Shown: positions 56,514 to 64,000 of the stretch, piece after piece | Position numbering within the stretch: the first letter of the stretch is position 1 | Layout: every line of letters starts with the position of its first letter | Source of the DNA: Candidatus Saccharimonadaceae bacterium | Lineage (GTDB): Bacteria; Patescibacteriota; Saccharimonadia; Saccharimonadales; Saccharimonadaceae | DNA: 64,000 nucleotides | Direction of reading: 5' to 3' | NCBI GenBank assembly: GCA_039809125.1 | Contig: JBDHUM010000001.1 | Location: forward strand, 14,711 to 78,710 | Translations under genes and position numbers: made by a program | The notes under the pieces: model-generated | Seen by the model: only the letters and a program-made list of their open reading frames with translations | Databases searched by the model: none | What the model was told of the DNA's origin: nothing

Positions 56514-59006
56514 ATGCCTGAAAATTTTGGAGAATTTATTGCACGCCTAACCGACAACGCCCGGACAAGTTTGCAGCACGCAGAAGCAATCGCTAGAGGA
56601 CAAGGTAGCTCATATATCGGTACTGAGCACTTGTTGATGGGTGTGCTTGCGCAAGGTTCTTCAGTGGGAGCAAAGTTATTAGCAGATGCAGGTGTAACAC
56701 TGCAACGTGCAGAACTAGCTTTAAATCTTAGTCCAAAAACATTGGTAGTTGATAGTAGTGCCAAAGGCCTCTCTGAGACTGCAGTGCTAACACTCAAGAT
56801 GGCATATGATCATGCGCGTGAACTTCATCAAGAATTTTTAGGAACTGAACACATTCTCTACAGCATTTTGCGCCAGAAAAGTTCGCGCGGTACGGTGTTG
56901 CTACGTGATATGAGTGCAAATGTTGAGCAAATTGTCGAAGAGCTTGAGGCATATTTTGATCGGCAGCAGAGTGAATATGAAGCGATTGCATCAGATATTG
57001 AGTCGGATCGACCTCGTAAAAAGTCGGGCGGTGCGCTTGGGAAGTTTGGCAGTGATCTAACTAATCAAGCTAAGGTAGGAAAACTGGACGCGGTGGTAGG
57101 TCGAGATAATGAAACCGAACGACTCGTGACCATTTTGAGCCGCCGCACGAAGAATAACCCGGTACTTATCGGTGAGCCTGGTGTTGGCAAAACGGCAATC
57201 GTTGAGGGGTTGGCGCAGCGAATAGCACAAGATGATGTGCCAGACCACTTACTTGATAAACACGTTATTCAGCTTGACATTGCTGGCATGGTGGCAGGTA
57301 CGAAATACCGCGGCGAGTTTGAAGAGCGCTTGAAAAAAGTAATTAGCGAAGTTAAGCAACGTGGTAATGTTATCTTGTTTATTGATGAGTTACACCTCTT
57401 GGTAGGTGCCGGTGCTGCTGAGGGTGCTATGGATGCGGCGAATATCTTGAAGCCTGCTTTATCCCGAGGTGAACTTCATGTTATTGGTGCAACAACTCTC
57501 GACGAGTATAGAAAGCATATCGAAACCGACTCAGCGCTTGAGCGTCGGTTCCAGTCTATTGTTGTACGTGAACCAAATGCAAGCGATACACTTGCTATTT
57601 TGAAGGGATTACGCGGTTACTATGAATCACATCACAGCGTGAAGCTGAGTGATGACGTACTTGAGTTGGCCGTTGCTATGTCTGACCGTTATATTTCAGA
57701 TCGATTTCGTCCTGATAAAGCGATTGACGTCATCGATGAGGCATCTGCACTAGCCAGAGTTACCTCAAAAGCTCGGCCGAGCAAACTACGAGATTACCTG
57801 CGCGAAATTCGTCAACTTGAAGACAAGATGGAAGAATCGGTATCAAATCAAGATTATGAGCGAGCCGCGTTATACAAAACAAGATTGAGCCAAGTTAAGC
57901 TAAAGCTCGACACTTTACAAGCTGAGCAAGATCGTCAGAAAGAAATATTACTTAGCGATACTCATATTGCTCGAGCAATTGCAACGATGACAGGTATACC
58001 CGTAGAAAAAGTTAAACGCTCAGAGCTGCGACTACTGAAAAATCTGGAAAAAGAAATTGCAAAGTATGTGGTGGGGCAAAAAGAGGCGGTCGCTAAGGTA
58101 GCTCGCGCAATTCGCCGTAATCGCAGCGGCGTTAGTAATGGACGTCGTCCAATCGGAAGCTTTGTATTCATGGGGCCCACAGGAGTGGGTAAGACCGAAC
58201 TTGCTAGAGTAATTGCCAGGGAGGTTTTTGGGAGTGATGACGCTCTCATAAAGATCGACATGAGTGAATTTGGCGAGCGTCATACAACCAGTCGACTAGT
58301 CGGTGCACCTGCAGGCTACGTTGGCTATGAAGATGGCGGAAAATTGACAGATAAAGTACGTCGCCAACCGTACAGTGTTGTGCTATTCGATGAGATCGAA
58401 AAGGCGCATCCAGATGTATTCCAACTATTGCTTCAGCTACTTGAAGACGGAACATTGACTGATGCGAAGGGAAGATCAGTAAGCTTTCGTAATACGATTA
58501 TTATTCTTACGAGTAATCTCGGCTCGGATGCGATGGTTAAAGAAGCACGGCTCGGTTTTTTTGCTCAAACTAAAAAAGATCGTGACGATCTTGAAGCAGC
58601 ACACGAACGTAATAGTAGAGCAGCCCGCAAAGAACTTGACCGTTTTATGCGTCCAGAACTTATCAATAGGTTTGATGCAATTGTTACATTCCGTGCCCTT
58701 ACGAGGCGTGAAGTTAGAGCAATTCTTGATACCATGCTGCGTGATCTTGAAGACAGGATGATTAAGAAAGGTATTGGACTAAAAATTAGCTTATCTGCTA
58801 AAAAATTGCTGATTGATAAAGGATTTGATGAAGTGCACGGAGCTAGACCGCTAAGACGAGCCCTTGAGGATAATATCGAGCACGAACTTGCTTCGTTGCT
58901 GCTTGAGGAGAAGTGTCGTCCAGGTGATATTGTGGCTGTGTCGGTAAAAAATAACCAACCAGTGTTCGAGGTCATGCATGAATCAGAAAAGCCACTGGCG
59001 ACGTAA
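56514..59006 (+). CDS. clpC: ATP-dependent Clp protease ATP-binding subunit ClpC-type
   Basis: Clp_N repeats, AAA-1 'GEPGVGKT', a UVR-like '[11 protein letters not shown]' and AAA-2 'GPTGVGKT'. The start is uncertain (56469 TTG, 56490 ATG or 56514 ATG). Confidence 0.9.
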   Translation: MPENFGEFIARLTDNARTSLQHAEAIARGQGSSYIGTEHLLMGVLAQGSSVGAKLLADAGVTLQRAELALNLSPKTLVVDSSAKGLSETAVLTLKMAYDHARELHQEFLGTEHILYSILRQKSSRGTVLLRDMSANVEQIVEELEAYFDRQQSEYEAIASDIESDRPRKKSGGALGKFGSDLTNQAKVGKLDAVVGRDNETERLVTILSRRTKNNPVLIGEPGVGKTAIVEGLAQRIAQDDVPDHLLDKHVIQLDIAGMVAGTKYRGEFEERLKKVISEVKQRGNVILFIDELHLLVGAGAAEGAMDAANILKPALSRGELHVIGATTLDEYRKHIETDSALERRFQSIVVREPNASDTLAILKGLRGYYESHHSVKLSDDVLELAVAMSDRYISDRFRPDKAIDVIDEASALARVTSKARPSKLRDYLREIRQLEDKMEESVSNQDYERAALYKTRLSQVKLKLDTLQAEQDRQKEILLSDTHIARAIATMTGIPVEKVKRSELRLLKNLEKEIAKYVVGQKEAVAKVARAIRRNRSGVSNGRRPIGSFVFMGPTGVGKTELARVIAREVFGSDDALIKIDMSEFGERHTTSRLVGAPAGYVGYEDGGKLTDKVRRQPYSVVLFDEIEKAHPDVFQLLLQLLEDGTLTDAKGRSVSFRNTIIILTSNLGSDAMVKEARLGFFAQTKKDRDDLEAAHERNSRAARKELDRFMRPELINRFDAIVTFRALTRREVRAILDTMLRDLEDRMIKKGIGLKISLSAKKLLIDKGFDEVHGARPLRRALEDNIEHELASLLLEEKCRPGDIVAVSVKNNQPVFEVMHESEKPLAT

Positions 59007-60024
59007 TTTTGTTGCCAGTATTATCTTATCGCTCATTATTGCTGGTGCCGGTTATGCATATTGGAATCGTGTTGAACTCATCGATACGTGGCGTGCTCAC
59101 AAGTTCTCCCCTTCAAGTGAATTAGCGGCAGCTGTGGCACGCACAACGATGAGTGCGAAAGCTAAAAAAGTGTTCTATGCCAGCGAGCCGCGCATCGAGA
59201 GCACTAGCCGATTTAATAGTTACTGTGGCCAGCACGAATCGAGTTCAGCTACACTTGGTTGTTTTGCGCCAAAAAATCTTTGCCATGAGCCATTACCTAA
59301 GTCGATTGATCGTTACGGATGCTATGAGATAACGCTATTTAAGGTACAGAATGATCAACTAAACGGTATAGTTGATGTGACGGCTGCGCATGAAATGTTG
59401 CATGCAGTTTATGCACGGCTCGATGATTCAGAGCGGCAAAAAGTAAATAGAATGCTCGCCCAAAAGGGTAATGAACTATCTAAAGACGATGTCTTTAAAA
59501 AGCGGATGGAGGTTTATCAGTCATTAAGTCTCGAGGAGCGAATGGATGAACTGCATTCAATTATCGGTACTGAAGTTTCAAATTTACCGAATGACCTTGA
59601 GACATATTACCGTCAGTACTTTGTTGATAGGCACGCTGTTACGGTGCTCTACAGCAACTACTCAGAGAAGTTTAGCGTTTTGCAGAGAAAATCTGAAGAA
59701 CTTGCGGGTATTCTTGACTCAATGGCGACAAGCATTAATCAGCGCGTCACCGACTACAATAACCGCGTTGGTCAAATTAAACAGCAGATAACAAGATTTA
59801 ATGATCGGGCAGTACGCGGTGATTTCGACTCGATGACTGCATTCAACAACGAGCGTAGTCAACTGCAAGCGGTGACTGAAGAAATTAAAAATGAAGAGTC
59901 AGCAATTAGAGCGGCAATTGCTAACTACGAAGAGGTACGAGCCCAGTATGATTCGGTCGCGCTCGATCTCTCAAAGTTAAATAAAAGTATCGATAGCTCA
60001 CTTGCGCCGGCTCCTGCGGTATAA
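58978..60024 (+). CDS. hypothetical membrane-anchored protein with an HExxH motif and a C-terminal coiled coil
   Basis: N-terminal TM helix, four Cys, 'AAHEMLHAVY' at nt 59389-59403, and heptad-like C-terminal ~100 aa. Overlaps the clpC 3' end by 29 nt. Confidence 0.55.
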   Translation: MNQKSHWRRNFVASIILSLIIAGAGYAYWNRVELIDTWRAHKFSPSSELAAAVARTTMSAKAKKVFYASEPRIESTSRFNSYCGQHESSSATLGCFAPKNLCHEPLPKSIDRYGCYEITLFKVQNDQLNGIVDVTAAHEMLHAVYARLDDSERQKVNRMLAQKGNELSKDDVFKKRMEVYQSLSLEERMDELHSIIGTEVSNLPNDLETYYRQYFVDRHAVTVLYSNYSEKFSVLQRKSEELAGILDSMATSINQRVTDYNNRVGQIKQQITRFNDRAVRGDFDSMTAFNNERSQLQAVTEEIKNEESAIRAAIANYEEVRAQYDSVALDLSKLNKSIDSSLAPAPAV

Positions 60025-60032
60025 TTGGATAT

Positions 60033-61385
60033 ATGGCTAAGACAAAGACAACTTTTGTGTGTCAAGCGTGTGGTACAAGTTTCACGAAGTGGGCAGGTCG
60101 CTGCGAAAACTGCGGCGAATGGAACTCGCTTGTGGAACAAATCATTGAGAGAGGTAGCTCTCAGCTTGCAAAGTCAACCAAGACCGGGCAAGTTCTGAGC
60201 GCAACACCGTTTGATGCAATTTCTAAAAAAGAACATCGGCAGCGGCTCGCGACTGGGTTTGACGATTTTGATACCGTCCTTGGAGGTGGAATTCTGCCAG
60301 GCAGCGTGCTTTTACTTGCGGGACAGCCAGGTATTGGCAAAAGCACGCTTTTACTGCAGGTTGCTGGAGCCCTAGCAGACATTGTTTCAGTGCTCTATGC
60401 TAGTGGCGAGGAATCAGCTTCGCAAGTAAAGCTACGTGCCGAACGTTTAAAAGTTGCTAATAGCGATTCACTGCTTTTTGTAGCTAGTACCAGTGCAAAT
60501 GATATTGCGGCAACCATTCGCAGTGGCTCGGCTAAACTGATAATAATTGATTCAATTCAAACACTCGCCCTGGATGAAATATCATCGGCGCCCGGCACAG
60601 TTAGTCAGATTACCAATTCGAGCAATGCCATCATCAGGGCTGCTAAAGAATCTGGTGCCGCGGTGATTTTGGTTGGCCATGTTACAAAGGAAGGGTCGAT
60701 TGCTGGACCGAAGGTGCTCGAACATTTGGTCGACGTCGTTTTGCAGTTTGAAGGTGATCGTTACGGTGGTTTTAAGGTTATTCGTGCCGCCAAAAATCGT
60801 TTTGGATCGACGAGTGAGGCTGCGATTTTTGAAATGGACGAGGAAGGGTTAAAAATTGTTACAAATCCTTCAGCCGAGCTTTTGGCTGAACGCCGCGACG
60901 GGGATGGATCGATTGTGTTTGCCACGCTCGAAGGAACCAGGGCACTGCTTGTTGAAATTCAAGCTCTTGTAAATCCGACATCATTCGGGTATCCTAAGAG
61001 AACGTCAAGTGGATTCGATCTGAATCGATTGACGCTTTTGATTGCGGTGTTAGAACGGCGCACAAAATTGAAATTATCGGACAAAGATATTTATATCAAT
61101 GTTGTTGGTGGTATCAGGCTCAGTGAACCAGCAGCGGATCTAGCGGTCTGTATGGCGATTGCCAGTGCGGCCGCTGAACGCAAATTGGCGTCTGGTGCGG
61201 TAGTCTTTGGGGAGGTTGGTTTAGGTGGTGAGATTAGGTCTGTTGTCGGGGTGGACAAGCGAGTTGCCGAAGCAAAAAAGCTTGGGTTTACCTATGCAAT
61301 TGCACCGCAACAATCAAAACCAAACCCATTTATCAAATCGGTTGGAGATATGCGACAAGCTCTCATTAACCATTTAAAATCATAA
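60033..61385 (+). CDS. radA: DNA repair protein RadA/Sms
   Basis: Zn finger 'CQACGTSFTKWAGRCENCGEWNS', Walker A 'GQPGIGKST', 'KNRFG' and a Lon-like C-terminal domain. Confidence 0.95.
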   Translation: MAKTKTTFVCQACGTSFTKWAGRCENCGEWNSLVEQIIERGSSQLAKSTKTGQVLSATPFDAISKKEHRQRLATGFDDFDTVLGGGILPGSVLLLAGQPGIGKSTLLLQVAGALADIVSVLYASGEESASQVKLRAERLKVANSDSLLFVASTSANDIAATIRSGSAKLIIIDSIQTLALDEISSAPGTVSQITNSSNAIIRAAKESGAAVILVGHVTKEGSIAGPKVLEHLVDVVLQFEGDRYGGFKVIRAAKNRFGSTSEAAIFEMDEEGLKIVTNPSAELLAERRDGDGSIVFATLEGTRALLVEIQALVNPTSFGYPKRTSSGFDLNRLTLLIAVLERRTKLKLSDKDIYINVVGGIRLSEPAADLAVCMAIASAAAERKLASGAVVFGEVGLGGEIRSVVGVDKRVAEAKKLGFTYAIAPQQSKPNPFIKSVGDMRQALINHLKS

Positions 61386-61402
61386 AAAAGGAACATATTT
61401 TA

Positions 61403-62248
61403 ATGGATAGTCAACTAATAGTCATCAGTCTGCTTGTGCTGATTTTTTTGCAAACAAGCTGGCAAACATATGCACTGCTTAAAAAACGACAACAAAACAG
61501 TGGCCAATCGATTTACATCGATAGCTCGGTGCTGATGGATGGTCGAATTATATCAATTGCAAAAACTGGTTTTTTTCCTGGTACACTTGTGATCCCTCGC
61601 AGTGTTATTGGCGAAATGCAATTTTTAGCCGATAACGGTGACACCGAAAAACGCGAACGAGCCAGGCGCGGTCTTGATACTGCTAAAGAATTACAGTCGC
61701 TTGAGATGGTGAATGTAGAAATCTTACAAGATGGCTCACGTGCTGAAGAGGGTGTTGATGATCGGCTTCTCTCGCTTGCTAAAAAGTATGGCGGAGCTGT
61801 TTGCACGATTGATTTTAATCTCAACAAGGTGGCGCAGGTTGAGGGAGTTCCAGTACTAAATATCAATGAACTCGCTAGAGAACTTCGAATGAGCTACCTT
61901 CCGGGAGATAGTATGCGGCTCGAGCTAACAAGCCGAGGATCGGATAGTCATCAAGCTGTAGGCCACCTCGCTGATGGCACAATGGTTGTAGTGGAGAGAG
62001 CTGTTGGTTTGGTCGGCACGAATGTTGATATTGAGGTAGTCAGGAGTATTCAAACGGCTGCCGGTCGTATGATGTTCGCCAAGTTGAAATCACCGAAAAA
62101 GAAGACACTTATAACTTCACCTAAGGTTCAACGTAAAAAGAATGGTGGACAGAGGCCGCTTGATCGTTCACGTGCTGTCAGGCAGATTCGTTCACATGGC
62201 CAAGAAGACAAGTTAATCGAGCTGGTTGATCGTCAGGCTCGAAACTGA
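61403..62248 (+). CDS. PIN + TRAM domain protein (YacL-like)
   Basis: N-terminal TM helix, PIN domain ('IYIDSSVLMDGR', 'DDRLL', 'CTIDFNLNKVA') and TRAM domain ('GHLADGTMVVVE'). It follows radA, as in Firmicutes. Confidence 0.8.
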   Translation: MDSQLIVISLLVLIFLQTSWQTYALLKKRQQNSGQSIYIDSSVLMDGRIISIAKTGFFPGTLVIPRSVIGEMQFLADNGDTEKRERARRGLDTAKELQSLEMVNVEILQDGSRAEEGVDDRLLSLAKKYGGAVCTIDFNLNKVAQVEGVPVLNINELARELRMSYLPGDSMRLELTSRGSDSHQAVGHLADGTMVVVERAVGLVGTNVDIEVVRSIQTAAGRMMFAKLKSPKKKTLITSPKVQRKKNGGQRPLDRSRAVRQIRSHGQEDKLIELVDRQARN

Positions 62249-62259
62249 AGGATAGCAGT

Positions 62260-64000
62260 TTAGTTTTTTGTCCAGTTTTGGCTGTCATTACCGGTGTAGT
62301 AGCCCTGATCGGTGACCGTTGCCGAGACATCAAAACTATCCGTACTTGAGCTAATGTTACTGTCTACCGTGACCGTACCACTGTTGCTGCTAATTGGAAT
62401 TGATCGCTGAGAGCCTTTAATATTCAGATTGATCTCACTGAGAGGGAACTTACCGGCAGAGTAATTTAAAGTAATCTTTCGCCCATTGTTTGACACGGAG
62501 ATCGAAACGGTTGGTTTCGCGTCACTACACGCATGTGCATTGTCTTCGGCATTTGGGTCGTAACCTTCCGTGCTCGAGTATACTTTCTTTTTAGTAACTG
62601 GATCAATGGTCGAACTGACTGCTACCTCAATCCTGGCCCCATCTGGGGTACAGTTTGTAGCTTTCTTTTTCGAAACTCGATCAAAAACTATTTTTTCGCT
62701 GGTTTGGCTTTTAGCTTTATTGTACCAACTTGGGTAGACTTCACTACCGATTCTTTGAATACCCTGAGGTTGAGCAAACCAATCACCTGATTTCCATTTG
62801 CCTTCGTTCGCGTAAATATCAAGGTGTGCATAGCGCATGACTTCATTGACTAGAGGTCCAGATAGTCCTGAGTTTTGCGAAGCGATTACCGTGTTGTCGC
62901 TGTTCCCCAGCCAGGTGGTCATTGCTAAAGCTGGGCTATAGCTGGCGAGCCAGAGATCTTTTGGATGACCATCTTTGTCGGTTGTACCGGTTTTGGTAGC
63001 AGTTTTTACGCCAGCTATTTCGATTCCGGGTGGGTTACCATGTAAGGCAGCACGCGCATTACGATCACCTAGAATATCATTGACGATGTAGGCAGCTTGA
63101 GAATCAATAACCTGCTTGCTTTCATCTTTATATTTTTTCAATGTTTCGCCCTGACTATTTTTTACTTCTAGGATAGTTGAGTATGGTCTGTATAAGCCCA
63201 TTCGCGCTAGGGTAGTGTAAGCATTCGTATGCTCAATTTGTCGAGTGCCACAACCGCCGATCGCCGACGACAAGCCGAAGGCAGATTCTTGAGTACAGTA
63301 GTTTGTTTCACCTTCTGCGCGCATAAAATCCATTGTCTGCTCCAAACCGCTGACGTACATCGCCTTGACAGCCGGTACGTTACGCGACAAAGCAAGTGCA
63401 CGCCGTACGCTAATTCCTCCCATAAACTTACCATCCCAGTTCGATAGTTTCGCGCCATAAATACCGTTCATTGTGTTATCGTCGGCTAGCACTGAGCCGC
63501 TGCCGTAATTTTGTTTACCTTCACCCTGATCAGAGAATAATTTCGCATAGACAAACGGCTTTATTGATGATCCAGGCTGAATGTACGATGTGGCAGCATT
63601 GTCTTGTCCAAATCCGGGCGTTTTGAAATCTCGACTGCCAAGCAGGGCAACGATTTGACCTGTCGCCACATCTTCTACGACAGATGAGGTATTGGATATA
63701 CGACTGTATTCAGGACGCACTCCGTAGCTACCATCAAAAAACTTGGTTGTCGATTCTTCAAGTTTTTGCTGAATACGGTAATCGAGCGATGTTTTTACCG
63801 TTAGACCACCTTTTCCAACCACTGCCGATGTTAGCTCATTTGAAAGTTGATCTCGAACCATCAAAACAAAGTGAGGTGCTTTAATATTATCGAGCTGATC
63901 AACCACCGGCTTGATCGTGTCAATAATTGGAACTTTTTTAGCTTTGTCAGCTTCTGCCTGAGTGATAAATTTTTGGTTTACCATTTTATCAAGTACCAGG
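62260..64000 (-). CDS. class A penicillin-binding protein, transpeptidase and C-terminal parts (5' end outside window)
   Basis: 'SSIKP' (SxxK), 'SRN' and 'KTGT'. The frame stays open upstream of the ORF-track ATG to the window edge ('..LVLDKMVNQ'). Confidence 0.9.
   Translation of the reverse strand, partial: LVLDKMVNQKFITQAEADKAKKVPIIDTIKPVVDQLDNIKAPHFVLMVRDQLSNELTSAVVGKGGLTVKTSLDYRIQQKLEESTTKFFDGSYGVRPEYSRISNTSSVVEDVATGQIVALLGSRDFKTPGFGQDNAATSYIQPGSSIKPFVYAKLFSDQGEGKQNYGSGSVLADDNTMNGIYGAKLSNWDGKFMGGISVRRALALSRNVPAVKAMYVSGLEQTMDFMRAEGETNYCTQESAFGLSSAIGGCGTRQIEHTNAYTTLARMGLYRPYSTILEVKNSQGETLKKYKDESKQVIDSQAAYIVNDILGDRNARAALHGNPPGIEIAGVKTATKTGTTDKDGHPKDLWLASYSPALAMTTWLGNSDNTVIASQNSGLSGPLVNEVMRYAHLDIYANEGKWKSGDWFAQPQGIQRIGSEVYPSWYNKAKSQTSEKIVFDRVSKKKATNCTPDGARIEVAVSSTIDPVTKKKVYSSTEGYDPNAEDNAHACSDAKPTVSISVSNNGRKITLNYSAGKFPLSEINLNIKGSQRSIPISSNSGTVTVDSNISSSTDSFDVSATVTDQGYYTGNDSQNWTKN

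Noticed and set aside
1-64000. Alternative genetic code (UGA recoding, as in some CPR lineages)
   Set aside because: Several conserved genes end at TGA at their expected lengths: cyoA at 12000-12002, cyoC at 14575-14577 and gatA at 37149-37151. No conserved gene appears interrupted by an in-frame TGA.
1-64000. rRNA, tRNA, tmRNA or RNase P genes, CRISPR arrays, prophage or IS elements
   Set aside because: The largest non-coding gaps are ~90-160 nt and are filled by promoters and terminators. None folds into a tRNA cloverleaf by eye. I saw no repeat-spacer periodicity and no integrase, transposase or phage structural genes.

Overview
This 64-kb window is a very compact stretch of bacterial chromosome. 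By my gene calls it is about 97% coding, and GC looks to be in the mid-40s % by eye. It uses the standard genetic code, with TGA as a stop. I call 59 protein-coding genes and found no rRNA, tRNA, CRISPR array, transposase or integrase.

Gene content, left to right:
- an acetate kinase 3' fragment
- metal-transport and membrane genes (non-canonical NRAMP, VIT-like, PAP2), rmuC and a MIP channel
- pheST and an ABC exporter
- a complete cyoABCDE quinol-oxidase operon followed directly by a type-II NADH dehydrogenase
- FKBP, trxB, a PLD-like protein, ppa and a short RelA/SpoT homolog
- gap and thrC
- a sugar-phosphate block: rpiB, rpe-like, split transketolase, class II fba and two PfkB kinases
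- a LOG-family protein and uvrB
- gatC-gatA-X-gatB-nudix, then galU
- three tiny stress-type membrane proteins (DUF948-like, YtxH, unknown)
- dnaE, a SpoU/TrmH methyltransferase, a lone PilB/GspE-type ATPase and a 565-aa orphan
- malic enzyme, rplS, an rnhB-yraN fusion, pepN and a membrane-anchored HNH/DUF1524 nuclease
- nusA, then clpC-(HExxH protein)-radA-(PIN-TRAM)
- the 3' part of a class A PBP

The repertoire and the tight packing fit a reduced-genome Patescibacteria/CPR organism such as Saccharibacteria. That placement is inference only.

The most notable non-annotation signals are:
- About 20 genes have their ATG 6-8 nt after a -10 hexamer, suggesting leaderless mRNAs. One case is a palindromic ATTGTACAAT serving two divergent genes. 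Another is an 18-nt promoter/start cassette present twice.
- There are two compositionally atypical insertions: a GC-rich ~0.45-kb islet carrying a small membrane ORF, and an AGR-codon-rich, lower-GC orphan driven by a textbook promoter.
- Uncharacterised genes are wedged into the conserved gatCAB and clpC-radA operons.
- RNase HII is fused to a YraN-like nuclease domain.

All product calls rest on motif recognition from the translated ORFs. No database search was possible.
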